Assembly: GCA_964535975.1 (NCBI GenBank)
Contig: CAZHWC010000002.1
Coordinates: 1-56,081 of the forward strand
Length of the DNA: 56,081 bases
Direction of reading: 5' to 3'
Source: an uncultured Proteiniphilum sp.
GTDB taxonomy: Bacteria > Bacteroidota > Bacteroidia > Bacteroidales > Dysgonomonadaceae
Shown: piece after piece, positions 1 to 10,151 of the stretch
Position numbering within the stretch: position 1 is the first letter of the stretch
Layout of the letters: each line of letters opens with the position of its first letter
Position numbers and translations under genes: made by a program
Notes under the pieces: model-generated
The model's database searches: none
The model's input: only the letters and a program-made list of their open reading frames with translations
Told to the model about the DNA's origin: nothing

Positions 1-40
1 CAGGTTTATTTCTATTTAAATACGTTTGAGAATAACGCTT

Positions 41-1441
41 CTACTTTCCTATACAAAATTTGGAAAATATATTTCCAAGGATTTCATCTGTTGAAATCTG
101 TCCGGTTATTTCGCCTAAATAAAACATGCATTCGCGAATATCTTGTGATAAAAAATCACCGGATAACTCATTGTCTAAACCTTCTTTTACTCTTTCAATT
201 GCACTCAATGCATTTTTTAGTGATTCATAATGTCGTAAATTAGTAACCACAACATCATTTTCGCTGATTTTAGGTATGTGTGCAGCCTTTATTAGCATAT
301 CTTGAAGCTTATCTGTGTTTGTTCTATTCTTTGCAGAAACAAAAACCTTTTCGGAATAAGTATTAGGGAACAGCTTTTCTTTTCTTGACTTTTCACTATC
401 ATCTATAAGATCTGATTTGTTGAAAACAAGTATTGTTTCTTTATCTTTAAGTTTGGGACGGATTATGTCTGATAATGAACTAAGTTTATTGTCAGGTGAA
501 GTAAGATCAATAACCCATAAAACAACACTAGCTTGTTCTATCTTTTGAAAAGTTCGTTCAATACCCATGGCTTCAATTGTGTCAGTTGTGTCTCTAATTC
601 CGGCGGTATCTATGAATCTAAACTGAATTCCATCAATATAAACTGTGTCTTCAACAACATCTCGTGTTGTGCCGTGTATGTCTGATACGATAGCCTTGTC
701 TTCATCTAATAAAAAATTTAACAGTGTTGATTTACCTGCATTAGTTTCTCCAATAATTGCTATTGGAATACCATTTTTTATAGCGTTACCTAGTTGAAAT
801 GAATTAGCTAACGAGGATATTTTTTCTGCAATATCCTCTGTGAATTCATATAGTTGATTCCTATTTGCAAACTCTACATCCTCTTCTGAGAAATCCAGCT
901 CCAGTTCGATTAGAGATACAAACTGCAAAAGTTTATCACGTAGGTTTCTTAGTTTCTCGGTAAAACCGCCTCTCATTTGATTCATTGCTACACGATGTGA
1001 AGCCTTGGAAGTTGATGAGATAAGATCTGCAACAGCTTCTGCCTGACTCAAGTCAAACTTCCCATTTTTAAATGATCTGCGGGTAAACTCTCCGGGTAGT
1101 GCTAATCTTGCACCTACATCAAGTAGCACTTCAATAATTTTTTGTTGAATATATGTTGATCCATGGCAGGATATTTCTACACTTTCTTCACCGGTAAATG
1201 AGTGTGGTGCACGAAAGACTGAAATTAAAACCTCATCTAGCACTTCTTTATTGCTTATTATTCTGCCAAAAGTAATAGTGTTTGCTTTTGTGTCCTCCAG
1301 TCTTTTACCAAATGGAGACATAAAGACTTTATCTGTTAGATTTATACATCCATTGCCAGAAAGTCTTATTATGGCGATTGCTCCCATTCCGGGAGCTGAT
1401 GATATAGCACAAATTATATCATTAATATTATTGTCTTGCAT
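41..1441 (-). CDS. mnmE: tRNA U34 modification GTPase MnmE/TrmE
   Basis: GETNAGKS P-loop, GTTRD, DTAG, NKSD motifs; C-terminal FCIGK. Confidence 0.97.
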   Translation of the reverse strand: MQDNNINDIICAISSAPGMGAIAIIRLSGNGCINLTDKVFMSPFGKRLEDTKANTITFGRIISNKEVLDEVLISVFRAPHSFTGEESVEISCHGSTYIQQKIIEVLLDVGARLALPGEFTRRSFKNGKFDLSQAEAVADLISSTSKASHRVAMNQMRGGFTEKLRNLRDKLLQFVSLIELELDFSEEDVEFANRNQLYEFTEDIAEKISSLANSFQLGNAIKNGIPIAIIGETNAGKSTLLNFLLDEDKAIVSDIHGTTRDVVEDTVYIDGIQFRFIDTAGIRDTTDTIEAMGIERTFQKIEQASVVLWVIDLTSPDNKLSSLSDIIRPKLKDKETILVFNKSDLIDDSEKSRKEKLFPNTYSEKVFVSAKNRTNTDKLQDMLIKAAHIPKISENDVVVTNLRHYESLKNALSAIERVKEGLDNELSGDFLSQDIRECMFYLGEITGQISTDEILGNIFSKFCIGK

Positions 1442-1456
1442 TTATTGTTTAGTTGA

Positions 1457-3127
1457 TTAATATCTAAAACTACTTCCTCCTAAAAACTCTCTCAAAAGTG
1501 AAGTAGGAGGTAATTCGCGATCAGTGAGATAATTAAAGTAACCTAGGAATTTCAGTAGTCGGTATGCTTCTGAGAATTCCGGAGCTGTACGGGGTACTCG
1601 GTTAAGTATTGGCTCTGCGTGACGCCTTATTGCTGCGAGCTCGTAAATCATCGCAGAGCTAAACATTACATCGGCATTTTCCTGGTATGGAAATATCCAT
1701 TTATCTTCACCTCGGCGAACACTTTCCCATCTTGATATAGTGTTCTCGGCCGAATAACCTCTATATCTGTAATCTCTGATAATCCTTCTTAATAATCTGT
1801 TGTCCGAAGCAGGAATCCAGTTGTGGTTATCTAAAGAAATGGATGTAAGAGCCGAAACATAAGCCATGAATTTTCTATTACGAGCAATATTTTCGGTAAG
1901 TAAAGGGTTGAGAGCATGAATGCCTTCAACAATTAATACGCTGTTTTCATCCATTTTAAGCTTTCTTCCTTTATATTCTCTCTTACCGGTTACAAAGTTA
2001 TATGAGGGGAGACTAATTTCTTCGCCACTAAGTAGCTTGTTTAGATGATCTTTAAACAATTCAAGATCTATAGCATACAGTGACTCATAATCTTTTTCAC
2101 CGAACTCATCTACAGGACTTTGTTCACGATCAACAAAGTAATCATCTAGCGAAATTCCGACAGGCTTTAGTCGATTTACAAAAAGCTGAATCTCCAATCT
2201 TTTTCTGAAAGTGGTTTTTCCTGAGGAGGAGGGTCCTGAAATCAATACAAGTCTAACTCCTTTGTTATATCGATGGGTAATTTCTTTTGCTATTTCACTT
2301 ATCTCATTGGCCTGATATGCCTCTGATACTTGAATAATCTCGGAAATATTATTAGAACGTATGGCTTTGTTTAAATCACCAGCATTTTTAAGATTACTTA
2401 TTTTTAAAAATTCTAAGTGCTCTCTGTATACCTGAAGGAGCATCGGTTGCATTATTACAGGTTCTAACTCTACGGGGTTTTGTCTATTTGGAATAATCAG
2501 CAGAAATCCACCATTGTAGATAACTATGTCAAATAAATCTATATAACCTGTAGAAGGAAGTAAGCAACCATAATAATAATCAATATAATTGTCTAGTTTA
2601 GAATAACGCGCATAGAATAAATCATCAGAAGTTTCGATAAGTTTTGCTTTGTCCTCCATGTTATTGCTATGGAACAATTTTACGACCGTGTCTTTTTCTT
2701 CTTCTATCTGAACGAAAGGAATATCTAATTTAGCTAACTCCTTCATTCTCTCCTTGATTTTGTCTAGCTCATCTTGCCCCACATCAGTTCCGTTTTCAAT
2801 AGTAAAGTAATAGCCTTTGGAAACTGCATGTTCAAAAAACACTTGTGCCTTTGGTAAGACATCATCTACAGCCTTTGCTAACAAAAAACAAAGTGATCTG
2901 ACATATGTTCGCATTGCTGAAGGATCACTAATATCGATATACTCCACTCTTCTTGGTCTGTAAACCTTGAAAGATAATGATTCTGTTTTATTATTTACTT
3001 TGGCATTGCCAATTAGAAATGGTTTTTTAACACCAAACACTGAAATCAGCTCTTCAAGAGTTGATCCTATTTTAACTTCCTTATGTTCGTCAGTATTAAC
3101 ACAATATACTTTAACTGTATCACCCAT
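1457..3127 (-). CDS. Nucleoside (uridine) kinase family protein with N-terminal TGS/ThrRS-N-like region
   Basis: C-terminal SGPSSSGKTT, SLDDYF, IVEGIHAL, RLLRRIIRD; N-terminal region resembles the ThrRS N-terminus. Confidence 0.85.
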   Translation of the reverse strand: MGDTVKVYCVNTDEHKEVKIGSTLEELISVFGVKKPFLIGNAKVNNKTESLSFKVYRPRRVEYIDISDPSAMRTYVRSLCFLLAKAVDDVLPKAQVFFEHAVSKGYYFTIENGTDVGQDELDKIKERMKELAKLDIPFVQIEEEKDTVVKLFHSNNMEDKAKLIETSDDLFYARYSKLDNYIDYYYGCLLPSTGYIDLFDIVIYNGGFLLIIPNRQNPVELEPVIMQPMLLQVYREHLEFLKISNLKNAGDLNKAIRSNNISEIIQVSEAYQANEISEIAKEITHRYNKGVRLVLISGPSSSGKTTFRKRLEIQLFVNRLKPVGISLDDYFVDREQSPVDEFGEKDYESLYAIDLELFKDHLNKLLSGEEISLPSYNFVTGKREYKGRKLKMDENSVLIVEGIHALNPLLTENIARNRKFMAYVSALTSISLDNHNWIPASDNRLLRRIIRDYRYRGYSAENTISRWESVRRGEDKWIFPYQENADVMFSSAMIYELAAIRRHAEPILNRVPRTAPEFSEAYRLLKFLGYFNYLTDRELPPTSLLREFLGGSSFRY

Positions 3128-3209
3128 GTTATTAATTATTTTATTATTGCTATAATATTAAATACTTTTGAGGTATATTTGTACGCTAAAATACACAATA
3201 TATTTGACA

Positions 3210-5039
3210 ATGGATTATAGTATCATTGATTTTTTAAGACTTGTTGGTTCTTTAGCTCTTTTTCTGTATGGAATGAAGATAATGAGCGAAGGTCTGCAGA
3301 AAATGGCAGGTGACAAGCTAAGAAGCATTTTGTCTACGATGACAAAAAATCGATTGATGGGATTGCTGACGGGTGTTCTTATTACTGCACTAATTCAATC
3401 TTCGTCTGCAACAACCGTTATGGTTGTTAGTTTTGTAAATGCTGGTCTTTTGACTCTATTGCAGTCTATAGGGGTTATAATGGGGGCAAACATTGGTACC
3501 ACTATTACAGCATGGGTTATTTCTCTTTTTGGTTTTGGTAAATTTTCTGTTAGTGTATTATCTATACCTTTGATGGGGATAGCTTTACCTTTAATTTTCT
3601 CTTCTAAATCAAAAAGTAAATCACTTGGTGAGTTTATTTTTGGTTTTGCATTCCTTTTTATGGGACTCGACTTCCTACAGACTGCAATGCCAGATTTACA
3701 GAATAATCCTGAGATACTATCTTTTGTTCAAAATTTTGCGGGTAACGGCTTTTGGTCAGTCCTTTTTTTCCTTTTTGTTGGAAGCGTATTAACTATTGTC
3801 GTTCAATCATCTAGTGCCACATTGGCACTAACGCTAATTATGGCAACAAAAGGGTGGATTGATTTTCCATCTGCTGTAGCTATGATTATGGGAGAGAATA
3901 TTGGTACAACTATTACGGCAAATCTTGCTGCCATTCCTGCTAATATTTCAGCAAAGAGGGCGGCGTTCTCACACTTGTTGTTTAATGTGTTTGGGGTATT
4001 GTGGATGCTTTTAGTGTTCAAATACTTCGTGAACATGGTGGATGGTATTATTTTACAATTGTCATCAGTAAAGGCTTCGGGGCTTACTGACTTTGTAAAC
4101 TCACTATCTACAGAAGAATATCATGCTATAACTACAATGTCAAAGTCGGAGTTAAGCCCGGATCTTGTGGCAAAACAAAGTATTTATCTCAATTATCGTG
4201 CTGCTACATCATATGGTCTGTCATTATTCCATACAATGTTTAACATTGTTAATGTGAGCATTATGATTTGGTTTGTTAAGTATTTCGAAAAGTTATGCTT
4301 GTTCTTCATCAAGCCTAAGAAGGGCGAAGATGAAGACGAAGAATTCGTTCTTAAATATATTGATGCTGGATTATCATCTACAGCCGAATTATCTATACTT
4401 CAAGCTGAGAAAGAGATGGAAGTTTATGCCCAGCGAGTGCGTAAGATGTTTGGTTTTGCTCGTAAGATGACAAATATGGATCATAACGATAAGAAGTTTA
4501 TGAAGCTTTATAATCGTGTTGAGAAATATGAAGATATAAGTGACCGTATGGAAGTAGAAATAGGTTCCTATCTTGCAAAAGTTGCCGAGGGTAGATTGAG
4601 TAATAAAAGTAAAGAGCATGTAAGGGATATTTTGCGTGCTGTTACCGAAATTGAAAGTATAGCGGATGGCAGCTGTAATATAGCTCGTCACTTAAAACGT
4701 AAAATGGATGCAAACGTTGTATTCGAAGAAGTGCTTATAGAAAATATAAATTCAATGTATGATTTGGTGGAAAAATCTTTCGACAATATGCAGAAGATTC
4801 TTAAGAGTCCAAAAGTTATTGACAGAGATATTATTGATAGCCATAATTATGAAAAGGCAATAAATAATAAGAGAGACACTCTTAAAAAACAAAACGTTGA
4901 AAATCTAAATCAAAATATTTACTCTTATCAAAATGGAGTTTTCTACATGGATATAATCTCAGAGTGTGAAAAAACCGGAGACTATATTATAAATGTTGTG
5001 GAATCTATGGGTAATATAAAGCTTGAGAAAAAGTTATAA
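3210..5039 (+). CDS. Na+/Pi cotransporter (NptA/YjbB family) with PhoU-like C-terminus
   Basis: Duplicated QSSSAT and GANIGTT/GENIGTT motifs, multiple TM helices; start moved to ATG 3210. Confidence 0.92.
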   Translation: MDYSIIDFLRLVGSLALFLYGMKIMSEGLQKMAGDKLRSILSTMTKNRLMGLLTGVLITALIQSSSATTVMVVSFVNAGLLTLLQSIGVIMGANIGTTITAWVISLFGFGKFSVSVLSIPLMGIALPLIFSSKSKSKSLGEFIFGFAFLFMGLDFLQTAMPDLQNNPEILSFVQNFAGNGFWSVLFFLFVGSVLTIVVQSSSATLALTLIMATKGWIDFPSAVAMIMGENIGTTITANLAAIPANISAKRAAFSHLLFNVFGVLWMLLVFKYFVNMVDGIILQLSSVKASGLTDFVNSLSTEEYHAITTMSKSELSPDLVAKQSIYLNYRAATSYGLSLFHTMFNIVNVSIMIWFVKYFEKLCLFFIKPKKGEDEDEEFVLKYIDAGLSSTAELSILQAEKEMEVYAQRVRKMFGFARKMTNMDHNDKKFMKLYNRVEKYEDISDRMEVEIGSYLAKVAEGRLSNKSKEHVRDILRAVTEIESIADGSCNIARHLKRKMDANVVFEEVLIENINSMYDLVEKSFDNMQKILKSPKVIDRDIIDSHNYEKAINNKRDTLKKQNVENLNQNIYSYQNGVFYMDIISECEKTGDYIINVVESMGNIKLEKKL

Positions 5040-5073
5040 ATAAGTGTTGTAATAAGCACCTTTAATTCTAAAG

Positions 5074-5116
5074 ACTCATAATGCGGGACAAAAGCTCTCT
5101 CATTATGAGTTTTTTT
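5074..5116 (+). terminator. Intrinsic terminator after Na/Pi cotransporter
   Basis: ACTCATAATG...CATTATGAGT stem followed by T-run. Confidence 0.7.
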
Positions 5117-5183
5117 ATTAATTGAATATTAATTGATAACTCTCTCAATATAGTTTTGTATTTTTGCAATAAAATTATAAAAA

Positions 5184-5774
5184 ATGAAACTTATGAAAAA
5201 AATGAGGTCCATCTTTCTTTTGATTATAGTAGCTTCTTTCACTCTTACAAGTTGTGGATATAACACAATGGTAAACAAACAAGAAGCTGTAAACTCTCAA
5301 TGGGCTAATGTGGAAAATGCCTATCAGCGTCGTGCTGACTTGATTCCTAACTTAGTGTCCACAGTTAAAGGATATGCTGCTCATGAACAGGAGACTCTGA
5401 CACAAGTGGTTGAAGCTCGTGCAAAAGCAACACAAACAACTATCGATCCTTCAAATCTTAGTGAAGAGGACATTCATAAATTTCAAGAAAGCCAAAGTGA
5501 GTTAGGTTCGGCTATTGGGCGTCTTTTACTAATTCAAGAAAACTATCCAGAACTTAAAGCAAATGAAAATTTCTTAGCTCTGCAAGATGAACTGTCCGGA
5601 ACTGAAAATAGAATATCAGTTGAGCGAAACAAATTTAACCAAACAGCTCAGGATTTCAATTCCTATATACGACAATTTCCCCGTGTTATTTATTCGAGCT
5701 GGTTTGGATTTAAGTCTAAAGGATACTTTTCGGCCAGCCCAGGTTCTGAGTCGGCGCCTAAAGTTGAATTTTAA
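5184..5774 (+). CDS. lemA: LemA family protein (probable lipoprotein)
   Basis: YQRRADLIPNLV, YPELKANENFLALQDEL, ENRISVER; LTSC lipobox. Confidence 0.93.
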   Translation: MKLMKKMRSIFLLIIVASFTLTSCGYNTMVNKQEAVNSQWANVENAYQRRADLIPNLVSTVKGYAAHEQETLTQVVEARAKATQTTIDPSNLSEEDIHKFQESQSELGSAIGRLLLIQENYPELKANENFLALQDELSGTENRISVERNKFNQTAQDFNSYIRQFPRVIYSSWFGFKSKGYFSASPGSESAPKVEF

Positions 5775-5835
5775 TTGGTAACTTGGTTTAGAATAATATA
5801 TATAGTACAGAAATAGAGAGTATAAGCTAATTTAG

Positions 5836-6591
5836 ATGAAGAACAGAATTATAACATTCTTAATTTTGCTCATAACGAGTTCAATTCTCTATTCCCAAAA
5901 TATTCCGGAGCCGATGCGTCCATATAGATTGGTAAATGATTTTGCTAATATATTTACTAATAGTGAACGACAAGCGCTTGAAGCCAGGCTTATTACATAC
6001 AATGACACAACTTCTACTCAGATATATATCGTTACCCTCAATGATTTAGACGGTTATCCAATTTCAGACTATGCTTTTTTAATTGGTGAAAAGTGGGGTA
6101 TTGGTCAATCGAGTAAAGATAATGGCCTCTTAATACTTATAAAACCCAATACAAATGATAGTCGTGGTCAGGCATTTATTGCAACCGGCTATGGTTTGGA
6201 GGCATATATAACTGATGCAATTGCCGGAAGAATAATTCGTAATAATATGATTCCTTACTTTAAAGAAAATGATTTCTTTAGTGGCGCTAACTCTGCTATT
6301 GATTCTATTATTATGATACTCTCTGGTGAGTTTGATCCTGACCCTGATAAAAGAGATGGCTTACCAACTTGGCTTATTGTTCTTATACTTATAACTTTAT
6401 TTATAATTATAACATCTTCAGGAGGAAATAAAAACGTAAATAGAGGTGGTCACGGAGGTTCAGGAGGAGGACCAATCTTTTTTCCTTCATCAGGACGAAA
6501 TAACAGGTCTGGATGGAGTGGCAAAGGAGGTAGCTTTGGTGGAGGTGGTGGTGGCCGTTTTGGTGGAGGTGGTGCCGGTGGTAGCTGGTAA
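5836..6591 (+). CDS. TPM domain protein (LemA-associated)
   Basis: VNDFA, WGIGQ..DNG, GYGLE..ITD, TM helix, Gly-rich tail ending GGGGAGGSW. Confidence 0.9.
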   Translation: MKNRIITFLILLITSSILYSQNIPEPMRPYRLVNDFANIFTNSERQALEARLITYNDTTSTQIYIVTLNDLDGYPISDYAFLIGEKWGIGQSSKDNGLLILIKPNTNDSRGQAFIATGYGLEAYITDAIAGRIIRNNMIPYFKENDFFSGANSAIDSIIMILSGEFDPDPDKRDGLPTWLIVLILITLFIIITSSGGNKNVNRGGHGGSGGGPIFFPSSGRNNRSGWSGKGGSFGGGGGGRFGGGGAGGSW

Positions 6592-6615
6592 TATGATAAT
6601 AAAAATTCTGAAGAT

Positions 6616-7533
6616 ATGATGATTACGATTGTGGGGCCAACCGCTAGTGGTAAAACTTCTTTTGCAGCTCATTTGGCAAGAAGGCTTGATGCTGAAATAA
6701 TTAGTGGCGATTCAAGACAGCTTTATCGTGGTATGAATATTGGTACCGGTAAAGATATTGTTGACTACACAGTTGATGGGGTTAAGATTCCATATCATCT
6801 TATTGATATTAGGAATGCCGGTGAAAAGTATACACTTTTTGATTATCAGCAGGATTTTCATAAGGCTTATAACGATATTAGATCTCGTAATATACTGCCT
6901 GTTTTATGTGGGGGTACCGGTCTGTATATAGAATCTGTACTTAAAGGATATAATCTTCCTGATGTCCCGAAAAACGAATCTTTGCGCCAGGAGCTTGAGA
7001 GTAAATCATTACAAGAACTAGAGCAATTGCTTGCCTCATATGAGTCACTTCATAATATAACAGATACAAGTAATAAAAGACGAGCCATCCGAGCAATTGA
7101 GATTGCGCACTTTAAGCATAATAATCCATTGTCATCATTACAATATCCTCCTATTGATAGTCTAATAATAGGGATTGATATAGACCGAGATATTCGACGT
7201 TCAAAAATTTCATCGAGATTAAAAGCTCGTATTGATGAAGGAATGGTCGAAGAAGTAGAAAGCTTGATTAAACAAGGGGTTTCATCGGATGATCTTATAT
7301 ATTATGGTTTAGAATATAAGTATGTGACTCAATATGTGATTGGTCAGTTATCGTATGAAGAAATGTATATTCAGCTGGAAATAGCAATACATCAGTTTGC
7401 CAAACGCCAAATGACATGGTTTAGAGGTATGGAGAGGCGTGGGTTCAATATTTCATGGATTGATTACTCATTATCAATGAAAAAAAAGGTTGAAATAGGA
7501 TTAGAGCTTTTTAATAAGTATAATTTAATGTGA
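6616..7533 (+). CDS. miaA: tRNA dimethylallyltransferase
   Basis: GPTASGKT, DSRQLYRGMNIGTGK, GGTGLY, FAKRQMTWFR. Confidence 0.93.
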   Translation: MMITIVGPTASGKTSFAAHLARRLDAEIISGDSRQLYRGMNIGTGKDIVDYTVDGVKIPYHLIDIRNAGEKYTLFDYQQDFHKAYNDIRSRNILPVLCGGTGLYIESVLKGYNLPDVPKNESLRQELESKSLQELEQLLASYESLHNITDTSNKRRAIRAIEIAHFKHNNPLSSLQYPPIDSLIIGIDIDRDIRRSKISSRLKARIDEGMVEEVESLIKQGVSSDDLIYYGLEYKYVTQYVIGQLSYEEMYIQLEIAIHQFAKRQMTWFRGMERRGFNISWIDYSLSMKKKVEIGLELFNKYNLM

Positions 7534-7616
7534 TTACTTAATAATTTATTGTCATATAAAAATTGTATTTTTGTGGCTTGCATTTGAATTAATCATAGAT
7601 GTAAATATTATTTCCA

Positions 7617-8774
7617 ATGAATATAAGAAAATTTCCAATAGATAGTTTTTCAAAATTAGAAACGCCTTTTTATTATTACGATATTGAATTACTAAATAAA
7701 ACACTTGATGTAGTAGATAAAGAGATTGCAGACAAAAAATATTGTGTGCATTATGCACTAAAGGCAAATACTAATACAAGAATTCTCAAAGAAATATCAT
7801 CGCGTGGTTTTGGTGCCGACTGTGTGAGTGGTAACGAAATATTAAAAGCTTTGGAGTGTGGTTTTTCAGCATCAAGAATTGTTTTTGCCGGTGTGGGTAA
7901 GACTGATAAAGAAATACAAATAGGTCTTGAAAATAATATTTATTGTTTCAATGTTGAGTCTCTTCCCGAAATAGACGCAATAAATAAACTTGCGGTTGAT
8001 AATGATAAAGTAGCACAAATAGCTATAAGAATCAACCCTAATGTAGATGCCAAAACACACAAATATATTACAACCGGACTTGAAGAAAACAAGTTTGGAC
8101 TAAATGAGAGTGATTTGCCTAAAGCAATTGCTTTGATTTCTCAGAGCCCTAATCTAAAGCTTATAGGTATGCATTTTCATATAGGATCACAAATCACCGA
8201 CTTAGAGTCATTTAAAGATTTGTGTTCAAAAGTGGATGAATTACAGAAATGGTTTTCGCAGCAAGGCATCAGTTTCGAAATGATAAACGTGGGTGGTGGT
8301 TTAGGAATCGATTATGAGAATCCGGACGAAAATAGCATCGCAAGTTTCCATGAATATTTTAAGCTGTTTGCTAATCACCTCACGCTCACAGAAAATCAGA
8401 CCCTGCATTTTGAACTTGGACGTTCAATAGTTGGACAATGTGGAAGCCTTATATCTAGAGCAACCTATATAAAAGAGGGAACAAGTAAGAAGTTTTTAAT
8501 ATTAGATGCCGGTATGACAGAGCTAATGCGCCCTGCACTATACAATGCATATCATAAGATAGAGAATTTGAGTTCAACAGATGAAAGAGAAGTTTATGAT
8601 GTTGTAGGGCCGGTGTGTGAGTCCAGCGATACTTTTGGAGAGGATAGAGAAATGAATAAAACTCAACGAGGTGATATTATAGCTATCCGTTCTGCAGGAG
8701 CATATGGAGAGACAATGGCTTCAATGTATAATTGTCGAAATCTTCCGACATCGTATTTTTCAGACGTATTGTAG
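7617..8774 (+). CDS. lysA: Diaminopimelate decarboxylase
   Basis: YALKAN PLP-lysine, HFHIGSQ, NVGGGLG, VGPVCESSD, AGAYG. Confidence 0.95.
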   Translation: MNIRKFPIDSFSKLETPFYYYDIELLNKTLDVVDKEIADKKYCVHYALKANTNTRILKEISSRGFGADCVSGNEILKALECGFSASRIVFAGVGKTDKEIQIGLENNIYCFNVESLPEIDAINKLAVDNDKVAQIAIRINPNVDAKTHKYITTGLEENKFGLNESDLPKAIALISQSPNLKLIGMHFHIGSQITDLESFKDLCSKVDELQKWFSQQGISFEMINVGGGLGIDYENPDENSIASFHEYFKLFANHLTLTENQTLHFELGRSIVGQCGSLISRATYIKEGTSKKFLILDAGMTELMRPALYNAYHKIENLSSTDEREVYDVVGPVCESSDTFGEDREMNKTQRGDIIAIRSAGAYGETMASMYNCRNLPTSYFSDVL

Positions 8775-8780
8775 AGTATA

Positions 8781-9947
8781 ATGGATTTAATTAAGCTGAT
8801 AAGTTCTGATTTATCCCTGACTTTTTGGATAATTGTAGGTTTATTGTTTGTGTTGTTTGTTTTTCAACTTTTCTATTATATATTTATTTTAAAAAAACCA
8901 TACTCATACGAATACAAACGAAACATGAATGTTCCAAATGATTCAGATTTCCCATCTGTATCAGTGGTTATAGTATCAAAAAATGAATCAGATAATCTTG
9001 CCAATAATCTACCTTCTATTTTAGATCAGGATTATCCTGATTTTGAAGTGATTGTAGTAAATATGGGTTCAACAGATGAAACTGATATGCTTCTTGAAGG
9101 TTTGAGTCTAAAATACTCAAATCTCTATCATACATTTGTGCCTTCTGAGGCAGAAAATATTAATGAAAAGAAGCTGGCTCTTACTCTTGGAATAAAAGCT
9201 GCAAAAAATGATATCCTGCTCTTTACAGAAGCTTATTGTCAACCTGTTAGCAATAAGTGGATTCAAGAGTATGCCCAGCAGTTTAATAATGGATATGAAA
9301 TAGTTTTAGGATTTAACAGAGTTGAAATAAATAAGAAATTTCCGATGCGGAGATTTATCAAATTTGATAATCTGATACATCATGTGAAATTTCTGTCTCT
9401 TGCAATTTTGAAAAAACCTTTTATGGGGCTAAATCGCAACTTAGCATATAAAAGATCTGTTTTCTTTGATGTAAAAGGATTCTCATCGGTACTGTCATTT
9501 GAAGATGGTGAGGATGACTTGTTTATAAATAGGATTGCCAAAGGGCGCAAAGTAGGTGTTGTGCTTTCAACTGAAAGTATAACAAAGACAGAAATAGTAA
9601 CAAATTATTCAATCTGGCGAAATCTAAAATCTAAATACTTATATAGTAAGAGATTCTATAATGGTTTTTCTTCAAAGTTTTTTGCGTTTGAGTCATTTAC
9701 AAAATATCTCTTTTATATTGCTTCTTTACTTTGTATAATATATGGAGTATATTTTCAAAACTTTTCTCTAGTGTTTATATCAAGTATGCTTTTTATTGTA
9801 AGATTTATCATAGTTCTTGATACAATAAATAAGCTTAATAAGATTTTTGATGTAAATAAGATACATATTAATTTGATTCTTTATGAGTTGTTTCAACCAC
9901 TAAGCAACTATAAAATTCGAAGACGAATCAAGAAAAGAAAAAGATAA
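8781..9947 (+). CDS. Membrane glycosyltransferase family 2 protein (degenerate DxD)
   Basis: N-terminal TM, PSVSVVI, QDYPDFEVIVVN, KKLALTLGIKAA, C-terminal TM helices. Confidence 0.82.
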   Translation: MDLIKLISSDLSLTFWIIVGLLFVLFVFQLFYYIFILKKPYSYEYKRNMNVPNDSDFPSVSVVIVSKNESDNLANNLPSILDQDYPDFEVIVVNMGSTDETDMLLEGLSLKYSNLYHTFVPSEAENINEKKLALTLGIKAAKNDILLFTEAYCQPVSNKWIQEYAQQFNNGYEIVLGFNRVEINKKFPMRRFIKFDNLIHHVKFLSLAILKKPFMGLNRNLAYKRSVFFDVKGFSSVLSFEDGEDDLFINRIAKGRKVGVVLSTESITKTEIVTNYSIWRNLKSKYLYSKRFYNGFSSKFFAFESFTKYLFYIASLLCIIYGVYFQNFSLVFISSMLFIVRFIIVLDTINKLNKIFDVNKIHINLILYELFQPLSNYKIRRRIKKRKR

Positions 9948-9977
9948 AGTTGTGTGTCAATTGACTAGTTTGATCTA

Positions 9978-10053
9978 TGACAAATTGTCAGAAAAATATT
10001 TTGAAATCATCTTTCACGGTTAATGCGGGTTAATGACAAGTGTTAATTGTTAA
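9978..10053. promoter_or_regulatory. Candidate operator cluster upstream of degP: TGACA-AAT-TGTCA palindrome plus GGTTAATG direct repeat
   Basis: Palindrome at 9978-9990; GGTTAATG at 10018 and 10028 (10-bp period). Confidence 0.45.
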
Positions 10054-10080
10054 AATAGCGGAAATAACCAGCGTGTGATA

Positions 10081-10111
10081 AACTTTTGTATATTATTTGC
10101 GTCTATATTTG
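10081..10111 (+). promoter_or_regulatory. Overlapping ECF/sigmaE-like and primary-sigma (-7 TAnnTTTG) promoter elements for degP
   Basis: AACTT-N16-TCTAT at 10081-10106; TATATTTG at 10104-10111. Confidence 0.45.
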
Positions 10112-10151
10112 CGATAAGTATAAAACGTATAACGTAAAACTATTTAATCGT

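Noticed and set aside
6616-7533. miaA as an unusual extra copy
   Set aside because: Two miaA paralogues are common in Bacteroidales; cannot be assessed from this window
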